A DNA stretch of 63,823 nucleotides, counting the filler, from Choristocarpus tenellus KU-1152 (lineage: Eukaryota; Protista; Phaeophyceae): the NCBI GenBank assembly GCA_964200185.2. It is 8 parts of 8 records of this genome, joined end to end, with 100 filler letters (N's around TTAATTAATTAA, not from the genome) between each part and the next. Parts side by side here need not be neighbours in the genome. Positions count along the whole stretch, not along the records: positions 49,318 to 52,964 come from CAXNAD020018756.1; positions 53,065 to 59,768 come from CAXNAD020007526.1; positions 59,869 to 63,823 come from CAXNAD020016952.1; 5 more parts are not named here. One strand, 5' to 3'. A program made the translations under genes and the position numbers. Numbering within the stretch: the first letter of the stretch is position 1; the number at the start of each line of letters is the position of its first letter. Shown here in pieces: positions 51,583 to 63,789 of the stretch. The notes under the pieces were generated by a model. That model saw only the letters and a program-made list of their open reading frames with translations, was not told the origin of the DNA and made no database searches.

Positions 51583-52458
51583 ATACTTCAGGTTATACTT
51601 TGGGTACCTGGTATGCCATGCCGAATATTGAGTACTGGGACCCTGTGACAAGATGATGGAGAATATCGAGGCAATGTAGCTGGAGCTGCAACTGTGACCA
51701 AGCCAGCGCATGATGAACCTGGAGTATTCGTCACAAACCCTGTCCCTGAGGGGGCATGCCCATTGATCGTAGACCCCAAGATTATTGCTTACAGAGCGAG
51801 AAAAGCAATTTCTGTATCTGCCGTAAGGGGAGCAGGATATCAGCAGGAGCAGTAACTAAGCCTCGCCATAGGGGAAAGGAGCAGCTATATCTGAGGTGCT
51901 TGCTGCAATGGCACACCTCCACAACCTCCCACTCGCCTTTAAGAGGGCTAGAGTTAGGCCTCCAACTCCTGAGGGAGAAGGAGCCAAGCAACCAACCCTG
52001 ATAGGAAAATGCGTTGTTCTTTCCAAGGTAGTGGCCAAAGTGGCAGACCTTGATGATTTTTGCGAAGGGGGGTTATCGATAAAGGGTTGCCTGCGCAAGA
52101 CTTGTAAGTCTGGGGAGTAATCACTACCTACTCCAGACCATGAAGAACATCTTCTGTATCAGGGATGCTTGCACTCGTGAGGCCTGACGCGTGAGAATGG
52201 CAAGCGGTGATGGAGAAGATGGAGTGACAATGGATAAAGGGAGCATTCATAGAAGGAGAGGTTTTGCCGCAGTGAAGAAATGATTGAAACCTGATTTCGT
52301 GTGAGTTGTGTGTTGTTGTGATGTGTCTGGTTTGTGACAAAGGAGATCATAGTGCAACAAAGCACTGATTAATTTGTTCTGGTAGGAGATCTGATGACAA
52401 GTATTACTCAATCAGACAGTGTTCGATGTGAAAGTAGGTTTTGTTGTGCTGTGATTAA

Positions 52459-52584
52459 GCCTCAAAGTATCTGGGAGGGGGTGGCAGCTGTCCATTTGGG
52501 GGCAATTTTTTAATGTCGCGATTTTTGGGTGNNNNNNNNNNCACCCTGGGGTTTACCCCCCCCCCCTCCCAGATACTTTGGGTC
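52459..52584. mobile_element. MITE family B with an internal gap
   Basis: gcctcaaagtatctg ... cagatactttgggtc, with TAA on both flanks. Confidence 0.82.
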
Positions 52585-52941
52585 TAACACGTTTAGAAAC
52601 AAGTGTGTCATAGTGCAACAAGACACCTGCGGGTTCGGTCTGGTGCGTCTGAAGGGATGTTTTACTCAGTCAGACTTTGGTTGAAGTGAAATGTGTACTG
52701 GTACGTCTGTGGCATGTTTTACCCTGAGCAGTCTATGATTGATAGAGAGTGTGTGGTCATTCGTTGAGACGCTCAAATGAAGAAATTCATCCTCGGTGAA
52801 GAGGGTTGTCACCTTGACTGAGAAGGATTTCGAAGGATTTCGAAGGATTTCGAAGGATGATTTTAGCTTTGTTTATATTGCATCTTGGCGTGTGTCTTAC
52901 ACGTGGTGCAGAGTGAACAGGATATCTTACAGGGGGCAATG

Positions 52942-52964
52942 GACCCAAAGTATCTGGGAGGGGG
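52942..52964. mobile_element. MITE family B terminus at contig end
   Basis: gacccaaagtatctgggaggggg. Confidence 0.7.
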
Positions 52965-53064
52965 NNNNNNNNNNNNNNNNNNNNNNNNNNNNNNNNNNNN
53001 NNNNNNNNTTAATTAATTAANNNNNNNNNNNNNNNNNNNNNNNNNNNNNNNNNNNNNNNNNNNN
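52965..53064. other. Artificial contig linker
   Basis: N44-TTAATTAATTAA-N44. Confidence 0.98.
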
Positions 53065-53218
53065 TTGCCCTTGCCTGTCTCGTGTGCCGTCGTCGACTTC
53101 CTCCATCACCTCCACAACCCCATCCCCTCCTCCTTCAACATGATATTACTATCGATGTTATATATTGTATATATATTTGTATTAAATTTATTATTTTCTA
53201 GTTGAGAGAGTAAAAGAA

Positions 53219-53283
53219 ATGAATTGTTTTCATTGGTTTTTCCCCTAACACACCTGGAAAATGTGAAAGTGCATAAAAATAAA
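53219..53283 (+). mobile_element. Family R retroposon tail, diverged
   Basis: gttttcattggtttttcccctaacacacctggaaaatgtgaaagtgcataaaat. Confidence 0.65.
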
Positions 53284-54423
53284 GATAGTAAGAGAAATAA
53301 TACAGAAAAACAGATGTCATATGAATATCAGATTCTTCGAGATAGGTTACCTTCAAGGTATACCTTCTTTGGAAGATGACTCTCACAATATCACATCTAT
53401 AATATATTTTGTATTCAGAGTACTTAAAACAGTAGTAGTATATATAGGATACAAGATTCAACCAGAATGAATTAGGGAGGTATAGTCGTGATGTTGCTGG
53501 GCCGAGTGTAATGCTAAATCGGCTGGTGCGTGGTGGCTAACACGCTTGAACAAACTCAAGACGGTGTCCACAGGTGCACGAGGAATATGCACATTAGCAA
53601 ACGCAAACAATAATGGAACAGAACACATCCAGGTCAAGTCTAACCCTTGAGATGGAACCACAGACAACACGATTGAGTCAATGAGAATAAGAATGAGTCG
53701 AGGGGATCTCAGATAGACAAGGAATCCATCAAAGTTCTGACATTAGCCTTGAGCAGTGATTAAGGTAGTAAGGTTCCATCAAAGTTGACGGAATGGCAAC
53801 AAAAAAATGTTGACGATGTAAATACAATTGTTTGTGACGATCGAGGTAAATATACGTAACATCATGCCGGTCCCCAAACTGCCGCTTTCCAAGACAGTGA
53901 AAAGCGGAAAATTCCCAGATTAGTTGGTGACCCCCCTGTTCAGATACCAACACGCACCTTCCTCCCTCCTTCCAAGCAGAACCTCTTGAACTGCTTATCC
54001 TTCCAGGCTGGCAAGTCCAGTAATGAAAAAAAGACTACAGGAAACATTCAAGCGAAGAGTAAAGAACATTCGGGCTTGACGACAAACAAATGCAACAATA
54101 ACAAGTCAAGTACAGCACAATATGAATATACATGTATGTATATATGCAGGTCGAGTGGGAGGTTCGATTTAAAACAATACAGGGTCCAACAGGGTGCATT
54201 ATCTGCGCAAGGGGAACAATGATATTTTTGGGGTTATTTTGTTATTTTCATATTTCAAGATTTTACATGTTCATGATGTGAGACCTCTGTCATCAGAATG
54301 CTGATATACATAGGACCCATAGGATATGTTTTGGTGGCTCAAAACGATTTGGTTGACGGTGGAGGACATTTAAAGAAAAAAGTGCTTGGGGTATTCCGAG
54401 CTTTGATGGATTGTCTTTTCTAT

Positions 54424-55553
54424 TCATTATGAAATTACAGGCTCAGATTCGTCAGCTTCGATATTGTCATTGTTGCCATCTTCCACGATGGGTTCCATCT
54501 CGTACTCCTACAAAATTTTGTGTACTCTACCCTCTACATCATCCATCGATCCTGCTAACTCTATTATATCTTTCAGGTCATCTAGTACATTCGTCAGGTT
54601 GATATGTGTCCCTCCAATTTCTACTATCTTGATGTATTTTGCCATCACTCTCTGGGCATACACAACCATTTTGCCACAGTCTGGCGGTTTATATCCACCC
54701 TCAATCCGATATACCAGCTAGGGTCACCGTACCACCCCAGCATTATCTGATCTCTCACTTAGGCAATCGCTTTCCCCTTTCCATACTGAAAGATTACGTA
54801 CTGTTTCGTGTGCTCCCAAAACAACTCCATGGTGGGCTGAAACTTGAGCATGCAAGGGGTGTTCAAATAATTTCCAAGCATTTTTTGATGGTACTCAGAC
54901 CCCTCAGTAAGAGCTCCAACCCAAACTTTGCCTTTACCCAGGTCACGATGGAAGACTACATTCACCAATGAGTGCTACTATGTAAAGATGAAGAGTTCCA
55001 TCTTGACGAGATGTGGTTTAAGGGGATTGCACCTCCTTGGGTAGTCCACGTGAACAATCTCCCTCCCAGCTCCAGAGGTACAAAACGTTTCGCCTTTCTC
55101 ATTCCAAACTTTCACGATGCAGAAAACCTTGTTGCATCTCACTCCCGCTGCTAAGCGGACAGCCTTCACTGCCTTGGTTTGGCCAATTTGGTTGTAGCTA
55201 AAAAAATGTAGTACAGGATCAGCATGTGCCCTCCCCTCAGAAAGAACTTCTCTGCTGACCAACTTGAGTTTCTCCATTTACTCTTTGGCGCCAACTCCCC
55301 TTAAATCTCGAGCATTATGTCTGGCGGTGTCCTTGACCCATTTCTTTCTCGCTGAAGCCTTGCAGGCCCTTGCCTGATCTTTCCTTGGCCTCCCCCTCTT
55401 CTTGTTTTGCTCTGACCCCTCATCTTCAGGTGTCTCTGAGGCTCGCCCTCTTGACCTCTTGTTTTTGTTATTCATCTTCCTGAGACTCCTTGCTTTGGGG
55501 CATTGATATCTCGAGATTGGCTTTGAGTCACGAAGATAATCAAAGTTGTTCAA
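54424..55553 (-). pseudogene. IS630/Tc1-mariner-like transposase relic, internally deleted
   Basis: ORFs 55553-55278, 55277-54978 and 54968-54759 share one frame broken by stops. They contain KKRGRPRK, an HTH-like segment, GKGK, EYHQKM and TPCMLKFQPTMELFWEHTKQYV, which resembles TPPYxPxLQPIELFWxxxKxYV. Confidence 0.65.
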
Positions 55554-56763
55554 CTACTCTGGTTCTCCCTGACCACCAACTATGGTCTTTTTACTGTCTT
55601 TCTGTGACCTAGAAAAGTACGAGATCCATCAGGACTTGCAAAATGGGTCCCCAATTTTTATGCGGATGCCAACATTTGACAATTTAGAGATGGAGGTCAA
55701 CGGTTAGTGTTAAACCAACTTAAGGCTCAACTCATAGGCTCTCATCCGATTACATCGTGTCAGAAGAAAAAGAAAATTTCATACATTAGAGCGTGATAGC
55801 TACAATAATTAGAGCTGACGGATTGAACAAAATTTCGAGAAGAAAAAATGAGATGTTAAGAAATCACTAAAAAGCGAGACAAAAATCTTGCTTACTACTT
55901 TCTTTCCGTACAAATAGTGAGAAGAAATTATTTCAAATCAAACAATAATATTGGAGGGAATCTACATACCGCAATGAACCTATAGCAATTTCGTTCACCC
56001 TGCAACATCCTCTGCCCCATTCACCTTTATCACTGTGCAATCCTTCCTTCCCACACTGGCAACAACAACAGCAACAAGAGTCACAAAGCAACCTGGTGTC
56101 CCCTTATAATTGTGCTCTTCTTAGGAGAGTTTGTTGTACCTCCAGGAAAAGGGGCGACTGTGCCTGCTTGCTCGTGCAGGCAGCCTTGGAAGCCAAAAAT
56201 ACAATGCTAGTCAGGGAAACTTTAGATCTATTCTCACGAGCAAGTAGCCACCTCAAATCTATATCTTCCTTTGCACCCACCTACTGTATGTTCTACGATC
56301 TGCGTGGATCCAATTTATCGAGGAAACGGTGCAGGTAGTATTGATGCATTCATAGTCTAAACTTCTTTGTTACTAGACAACATCCATTTTGTTTACTGGC
56401 ACTTTCAACTAAGCAAAGAAGGAAGTCAAGCAGGAAACCTAGTGAGAAATAAAACTGAAAGGACTATACAACGGACAGTATACAGTACTCGGGAATGGAA
56501 GTCTGTTGTCGTGCAGTATACATAGCCGAGTTAGAGAGAGCCTTGCGTCGTCAAATCTATCATAAACATAAGTATCACATTTATCAGTGTCACATTCCAA
56601 TTACAGCTCAAGTTTCCGTGTCATAGTAGCAAAACATTTCTCAAAAACATGTTACAAGGGTAGGATAAAACTTGAGTATGGAAGGAGTAGGAAGTTCAGA
56701 ACAAATTATTCTCTACCTCGAGAACACCAAAGGCTACCTTGTTTTGAAGTCTTTTGCTTCAAA

Positions 56764-57012
56764 GGGTGTGAATTTGTGTGTCTCAAATCTGTAAGGGCTC
56801 AGATATGGCACAAGGCAACAGCCAACATACCTTACTTGTTGAAGTTGAAGTAAATTTCATATTGTAGAAGAAACAAGATGGGTCTGGGTGTGAATTTGTG
56901 TGTCTCAAATCTGGAAGGGCTCAGATATGGTACAAGGCAACAGCCAACATACTTTACTTGTTGAAGTTGAAGTAAATTGCATACTGTAGAAGAAATGAGG
57001 AGATGGGTCTGG
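56764..57012. repeat. ~122-bp tandem duplication
   Basis: gggtgtgaatttgtgtgtctcaaatctg...agatgggtctgg occurs twice with few substitutions. Confidence 0.92.
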
Positions 57013-57949
57013 CTTAAGTCATACGGACGTTAGATTTGAATCAATCTGATTATCGTTGTCAAGCCATGATACACTGCCAACTGCATCAATATACTGCAAC
57101 CTCCGTGGATCTTGAAGTAAGCACCTTCCTTACGCCATTCTACTTGTACTCAAAACAAAACAAAACAATGCATTGAGTTGCCCTGAACTTGTGCTTTGAA
57201 GGGAGAGGAGCACAACAACAGCATCTCGGCTTCACTTCATTTTTCAAAGTGCAAAAACAGGAAAAAAGTAATTTTATCTACAAGTACATACCACGCAATT
57301 TTGCACTTCACTTTATACATAGGGAACTGGCACCAATGGCTGCAGTATTACATCCAGACCATACCCAAGACAGACCAATCAAACCTCTCCACCGTAATTC
57401 AAATACGAAGTGTGTGTTATCATGGTCAGCATGTAGCGTGCACAGCTGATGCTGCTGATTAGATAGATACATCTACACCTATATTGCTGAGGCATCCCAT
57501 GAAATTTATTTATGAAAACTTGATATATGTATCTATGTGTCATACTTGGAAGCACTATATACAGTCTGCTACCTCATCACAACATAGACAGGGTGGTGGT
57601 GACCAGCAATAACTACTCTTGCTTGGAGTAGAGAGGCACTACAACTAGAAATATATTACACAAAAAATATTTGGAGGTGAAATTTACAAGAAAACAGCTA
57701 GATACAGATGCAGTATGAACCCCCCCCCTTGGACCAAACATATGACTGACTCTACCCTATCTTGTTCCACCCAACCCTGACAGTAGTCCATACATAGGCA
57801 AGAGAAATTTCAATCCAAAAAGAGACATCACACAACGATGCAACTCAAAATTGCCCTGAAAATGAAATCAAGTGGCTCATCACCACTGGAGATGCCTGCT
57901 ATCAAATTAGGCACCATCTTCTCCACCGTGCCTACCAAGAATGCCTTTC

Positions 57950-59713
57950 TTACTCATACAAAATATGTTCCAGGATAAACTCCGGACAGCCAGGAAACAA
58001 GGAGTCAACAACCTCCACAACACCCTCCTTCTCCTTCTCCTTTACATAAACACAATGCCTCAGTTCCATGCCAGTCTTGGGCGTGTTGCTGAGACTCACC
58101 TGCCATTGATTTACTGCTCTGATCCGCAGCACATCAAGGACCCTGGAAAAAGCAACAGGACAATAGTCCATGACATGGCGCCCATTCTCATCAACAGCTT
58201 GCTCCTCTTTCGTAATGGAGAGTCTCTTTACACCAAAGCGCTCAGCAAGGACGGAATGCCTGCATTGCACCAGCGTGGATCTCCTTGTGGACATGAAATG
58301 TCCACGCACATTGAGATGCACAATCCCATCAGTATCCACCCCCTCCTTCGCAGGTGTAACCATAGTGTTGGCAGGACCAAAAAAAATCGCAAGGGACTCT
58401 TCCCCGAAGCGGAGAGCTTCATCTGCTTTCAGTAGTTCCAGATTGGCGTCAGACAAGGCAGCCTCCTCTAGACGGACAATGTCCTTGATGGGAGGAACTA
58501 TGAGCAAGCTTTCGAAGTTAACAGAGAATATGCACCTGTTGGGTGGATCCTTAGGTGGGGTATGTTGTGACTCAACCTTGAAAACCTCGACGTCAGTGAT
58601 GACCTGCCCATGTACTTCGTCGAGAATAGTCTTCGCAACGGCATCATCAGTATAGGGGTAGTCAGTAGTATTCCGGGTCACCAACGAACGATTCTTTTCA
58701 AATTCAATACGCAGGAGAGGTCCACAGAAATCCGGTCCAGAATCTCCATTACAGTTGATCGCATAGTGCTTACCGTTCTTCTCCTTCACCATCATCTTTC
58801 CGGGCTTAAAGCAATTCCTGGAGTCCAGCAGAGAAAACACGAATGTGTCTGTGGACTCCTTAAGGCCAGTTCCACTCCAGGACTGATCAGTGTAACCACC
58901 CACTACAACATTCCCACATCGCACAAGCACTACCGTGCCATGGGCATCATCGCATCGCTCATGGAAAGCAGACGTATTAAATCCATGGAGTGAACCCCTG
59001 TAAAGCAGCTTCAATCTTCCAGTTGTTGCAGATGGAAGGTTTTCTCGGAGCCAAGATAGCATCATGCGATTGTACTCCTTCTGTCTGCTAAGGACCGTGC
59101 TTCCATTAATCACATCAACAGTGCCATCCAGAAGGACCTTCTCGAGCTCCAGGGAGTGGGCGAGGTGTCCAAATACACCGTCCCAGTGTTTTGGTCGATC
59201 TTCCGTGTTGGGATAGGAAGACACATCTCTACCAACAAGAAGGATGACATCCTTGAAGGCCGAGGGTGAAATATCCAGAAAGATAGAGTTTTCCGAGTCT
59301 CGGGGGAGGCGCGCATCCCATCGTCCCCCGAAAATCTCCTGTAGAATGGGACACTTGGCACAGGAAAGGGTGGTCCGTCGCAGGTTGAAGATGGTTCCCC
59401 CAACATTTAGGGTCATCATCTCATACCTGGCTGTATGCTCGACATTTAAAACCATAGCCTTGTCCTTGCGAGACTGTAGATCTCGCAACTTTGCTTCATA
59501 GATTTCTCACTCCTGGTCCAGTATATTAGAGGCCTGATCTGCATCCTCCTGATGTCGAGCGGCAGCTTTGGAGATGGCATCTTTGTAGGACTGTCGAGCA
59601 TCACCTGGAGGTTCTTCTTTCATTGCCGTCCTGGGTTTAGACATCGTGGCCACAGGGTTTGCCGAAATAATGACTTCATCAAGAAGGTCATATTCATTGT
59701 CTGCTATATCCAT
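57950..59713 (-). pseudogene. Intronless coiled-coil/BTB(KCTD-type)-TLDc-BTB gene with an in-frame TGA at 59507-59509
   Basis: BTB motif LNVGGTIF...RTTL...IFLDISP, TLDc motif LLYRGSLHGFNTSAFHERCD...VVGGYT...TFVFSL...DVEVF, and a second BTB VHLNVRG...TRRSTL. The upstream ORF 59713-59507 is in the same frame. Confidence 0.85.
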
Positions 59714-59768
59714 TTCAAGGTATGGAGGTTAAGGGGTGCTTGACGTTGGATTATGGTAGAGAAAGTAC

Positions 59769-59868
59769 NNNNNNNNNNNNNNNNNNNNNNNNNNNNNNNN
59801 NNNNNNNNNNNNTTAATTAATTAANNNNNNNNNNNNNNNNNNNNNNNNNNNNNNNNNNNNNNNNNNNN
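59769..59868. other. Artificial contig linker
   Basis: N44-TTAATTAATTAA-N44. Confidence 0.98.
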
Positions 59869-59931
59869 GGCACAGGAGTAGGTAGATGGGAAGCAAAGGA
59901 AGACAGTGTACAATATTTGATAGTGGTGAAG

Positions 59932-60165
59932 TTAGTGGTTTCGACACTTACAATGTTTTATAGTGTTCTCCAGTTTAGGATATTTTATTTCCTTAGGGCT
60001 AATAACGACATATATATATAGTTTTCATTGGTTTCCCCCCTGACACATCTGCAAAATGTCAGAGGGCATAATATAGACTTTACGTATGTCATTATTAGCC
60101 CTAAGGAAATAAAATATCCTAAACTGGAGAACACTATAAAGCACTGTAAGTGTGAAAACCACTAA
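59932..60165. repeat. Inverted repeat with ~80-bp arms enclosing a family R copy
   Basis: ttagtggttt...ccttagggctaataacgacata (59932-60012) pairs with tatgtcattattagccctaagg...aaaccactaa (60085-60165). Confidence 0.9.
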
Positions 60166-60174
60166 TCTATCTGT

Positions 60175-60391
60175 ATAGTTTTCATTGATTTTCCCCCTGA
60201 CACATCTGCAAAATGTCAGAGGGCAAATAATAATATATTAACTTTAAGCATTCTTTTCACAGTTGTCGTAAGAAGTGGAGGGAACCAACTCTGTTTTTGA
60301 TTTTGAAGTATGTATATTATTATTTTATTATTACCCCCTCTACAACATTTTCAGAGGTGTCAGGGGAAAAACCAATGAAAACTATTCACAT
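60175..60391. mobile_element. Two further family R copies (60175-60235 on +, ~60328-60391 on -)
   Basis: atagttttcattgatttttcccctgacacatctgcaaaatgtcagagggc, and the reverse copy ...gtgtcaggggaaaaccaatgaaaactattcacat. Confidence 0.75.
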
Positions 60392-60775
60392 CTCAGAAAA
60401 ATCCCCAAATCTTATTATGGAGCATATAAACTTGTACATGAGATGTGGGAAAATGTTGTGTAACCGTCCCTCATGGATAGAAATAGTATATCAAAGTCGC
60501 AACTCGCAAATATTTGAACATGGTACAAAATGGGGTCGATTTTGGGCGATGTCATTTTGGATATAATTTCCACCATCGATTGCTACCATCTTATCATCAT
60601 ACCATCCCACCGATCCCCAATTTTTTCAAATACATCATTTTTTTAGTGTGTGAAAGTTGGGGATTTAACTACCTGTCACAAAATCGACACGTATGGAATA
60701 CGCGTTGGTCGCAACTTGACTGCGTAGGTCTGGACTGACTGAGGTTGAACCTAACCCACAAACTTTTGTACATAG

Positions 60776-63126
60776 ATGGAGTCCTCAGCAGATATTGAGA
60801 GGGTTATCGATGGTGATGGTCAGGACGCAAACTTCGCCAAGGCGTTCGTGGGTGACGAAGTCTGCCGGCTGATATGTGATGTGTTGTGCCGCAACACCTC
60901 CAAGACCAATATCTTCCTGGATCGGAATTGCATTGGTGCGGATGGGGCAGCAGCGTTGGCTAACATGCTCAAGGTTCGAGCAAGAGGGTAGATTAGGAAG
61001 AGGACGTGCCAATAAACACTCGATCCTTACACATTAGACATATCATGCGCAGCTGAGTAAATCTTATCAAGTTCGAATAACTTCCTGTCGAATAAGCAGC
61101 ATTTGTCAACCAGAGTGAAACTGTCACCATGGTTGATATTGGGTTTGGGTGAGGCATCCTCTTAGCTGATCTGACCTAAACCTCCTTGGTGTGAAGGTAA
61201 ACCGGACAGTGAGAACTCTTAGCTTGGAGTGGAACGGAATCGGAACTTCATTGCAAGGGGTAGAGTCCCTTGCAAGAGCCCTTCAGGTCAACTGCTCTCT
61301 AACCTCCTTGGTTTTGTGCAACAACAAAATTACCGCACAGGTACGCAGACACACACCATATATGCCTTATGCATAGGTTCTATACTCAGTCCAAAATATT
61401 GGTTGTTGTATCAATTTGCCCTGCAATCTGGGGTAATTTTATGAGGCAAGATTCCAGATGCTTGGGGCCGAACCCCAACAACAAATTACAGTTAGTAAAT
61501 AACTGCCCTTGAACACTAGCTTCTAACACACTTTAAGGCAATGGGAGACACTCAACGTAAACAAGCAGGATTGGGGGAGACAGGACATTAGGTTCTCTTC
61601 CGAGATTGGCGTTCGAATGAGTGGGAGGACAATTGGTCGATCTTGGACCAATTTTCTTTCTTCTAGAAATCAAGCATTTGTGCCGGTGCTGTTGTTTTCT
61701 GGAGAACAGATAGGTACACCTGATTGATGAACCTTCATTGCTGTGTCCGAGACTCAGTTTTCTTTTTTGCATTAGTTCTTATTTGTTCGACCACATTTCT
61801 TCAATTTATCACTTTCTCCGGTCCAACCTCTGCCGACGGGTTTGAGAAGATCAGACTGGTGGTGAAATAATGAACGGGTGATTAAATTCTAACAATGATC
61901 CGACAAGGATTTTCATGGATGAACATTGGGAAAAAGCCCAACAGGCATAAACAAGCCCATTAGACAACAATTTTTTTCATCTTTTGAAGAACCTTTCCCC
62001 CTCACAAATTGCGTTAGGGTGCATATGTCCTAGCTCAGGCACTTCGTGGCAACTGCACACTGAAGGAGCTTGACCTAAGGTGGAACGAAATCGGAAATAG
62101 TGGAGCTCGTGCGCTCCGTGATAGCCTTGATGTGAACATAGCTATATCAACCATTAAGCTGTCAGGTAACAAGGTAGGCAACAAACTTCTTCCTCTGTGT
62201 ACTAAATTAGGCCCAGTTTGGTGGGATGACTGTGTCCACATAGAGTCAGATAGAATGAAAGTTGTTTTTTTGTCATGACTATTAGTACCTCAGGGAATTG
62301 AGAGAATGGCACGAGCAAGGAAATCTTCAAGCAGGAAGACAGTGACAGGGCCTGAACATGTACTGCCTTATTCTTGCACTGTGCACTATAGGTGGAGGAC
62401 TATCTTATTGAGAACTTGGAGGCTGCACTTCAAGATCGGGACTCCGTTGCCCTGGAGCACACAACTCTCCGTGATGATTTGCAGGTGGCTCGTGAGAAAG
62501 CTGAGCAGCTTGAGGCCTGCTTGAGGCGTCACGGGCTTCAAGAGGAGGTACATTTGGTTTCTATCATTGATGTTTGCCCTTACTACCACCATTGTGAACA
62601 ACAGCAACAAGACATTAGAGGGTTTGTGAAGTTGTGCTCAGGTGAGCATGCCGTTGGTGTGTATGGAAAGAAAACAACCTTTAACTCACCAAACTCTTTG
62701 GGTTAAGGTCTTCTCAAGGAAGGGCGTGTGATGTAAAACACGATCGCAATTAACAATAGATTGTTCAGGTCCATGTGAAGTTTTAGGGAGGGGTATATGC
62801 ACTGCACCCTTCAAATATCACTGCCGTATTACAATTCATGGATTGTAATATTGGTTTTGCGGCATGATGAAAGGAATTGTGTGTGCTGAATGTAACACAG
62901 GCTCTTAACTAAGTGTTGTCCACATACCCCACCATACACTCTGGCGACAATCACCCCAATCCATGCACGGCTTTGATTGCTCTGTTGGATGCACCTCAAC
63001 ACAATGCCCTGATTGTTGACATAGGCACAAAAGCGAAGGGAGGAGGAGAGAGAGCAGCACTGGCAGAATGACCTGGTTAAGGTTAAGGACGAAGCTGCTC
63101 GTTTCCGTCTAGATGCAGAGAGACAG
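60776..63126 (+). CDS. RI-type leucine-rich repeat plus coiled-coil protein, LRRC45-like; continues beyond the exons found
   Basis: Phase-0 exons 60776-60973, 61197-61340, 62018-62173, 62392-62547 and 63025-63126 encode LSLEWNGIG, LVLCNNKI, LDLRWNEIG and IKLSGNK, then a heptad-rich region. Confidence 0.85.
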
Positions 63127-63221
63127 GTGTGCGACTCTTGAGAAAAATTATGTTTGTACATAACCCCTGCCATTTTTACTGCTTCTAAAGAGCATAAAAA
63201 AAGAAGTACCCAAGTTACTCT

Positions 63222-63233
63222 TGTGTGTGTGTA

Positions 63234-63263
<30 letters not shown>
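63222..63263. repeat. (TG)n microsatellite
   Basis: Direct dinucleotide run. Confidence 0.95.
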
Positions 63264-63267
<4 letters not shown>

Positions 63268-63789
63268 TCTGCATCCAAGTTTGTGCAAGGACTGTGAAAT
63301 GATGGGTTCTGGAGATTTCCCATGGTCTATGGGTCTGATCCTGTATCAGCGCAAATAGTAGTGGTGCTGAAGGTAGTAAAATTTAACCTCGATTATGGGT
63401 TCTCTTTACACAATGAGAAAACCAGAGAGGTTTGAGTTGATTTGATTTGGGTAAGATAGTCGAGTAAATTCTATCTGGCTAGAAAAAAAGGTATTACAGA
63501 GGACCTCCACGGTTTGCCTGGTTACGCTTTTTGCATGTAGAATGTAAGCTTGATAAATTGCTCGATGCCTTTCCAGCTTGTAGTTGGGGAGGTATTATCC
63601 TACTGCTTTGGGAATTTGTGAGTGGACAAACGAGAGGATGCATGCCACTCATGTTTGAGTTTCGTTTTACATGGGCCCCTTCCTGTGGGTATCTGAAGCG
63701 GAGTGAGAGCTAGCCTCAATTACTTCACCATGGATCCTGCACCAGCTGGTAGAGAGCTTTGCACCGCAAAAGAATCAGCCCTTGCATCA

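Noticed and set aside
53065-57900. Fanzor/TnpB next to the IS630-like relic
   Set aside because: No RuvC or zinc-ribbon motifs were recognised in any frame.
57941-59501. Several long + strand ORFs
   Set aside because: They are antisense shadows of the BTB-TLDc coding sequence.
20480-59868. Recurrent TTAATTAATTAA palindrome within N runs
   Set aside because: These are identical 100-nt artificial linkers joining contigs. They are not biological, and adjacency across them carries no information.
60018-60075. Hammerhead ribozyme or Helitron 3' end in family R
   Set aside because: There is no CUGANGA core and no CTRR terminus after the hairpin. The TSD and AT-rich tail favour retroposition.
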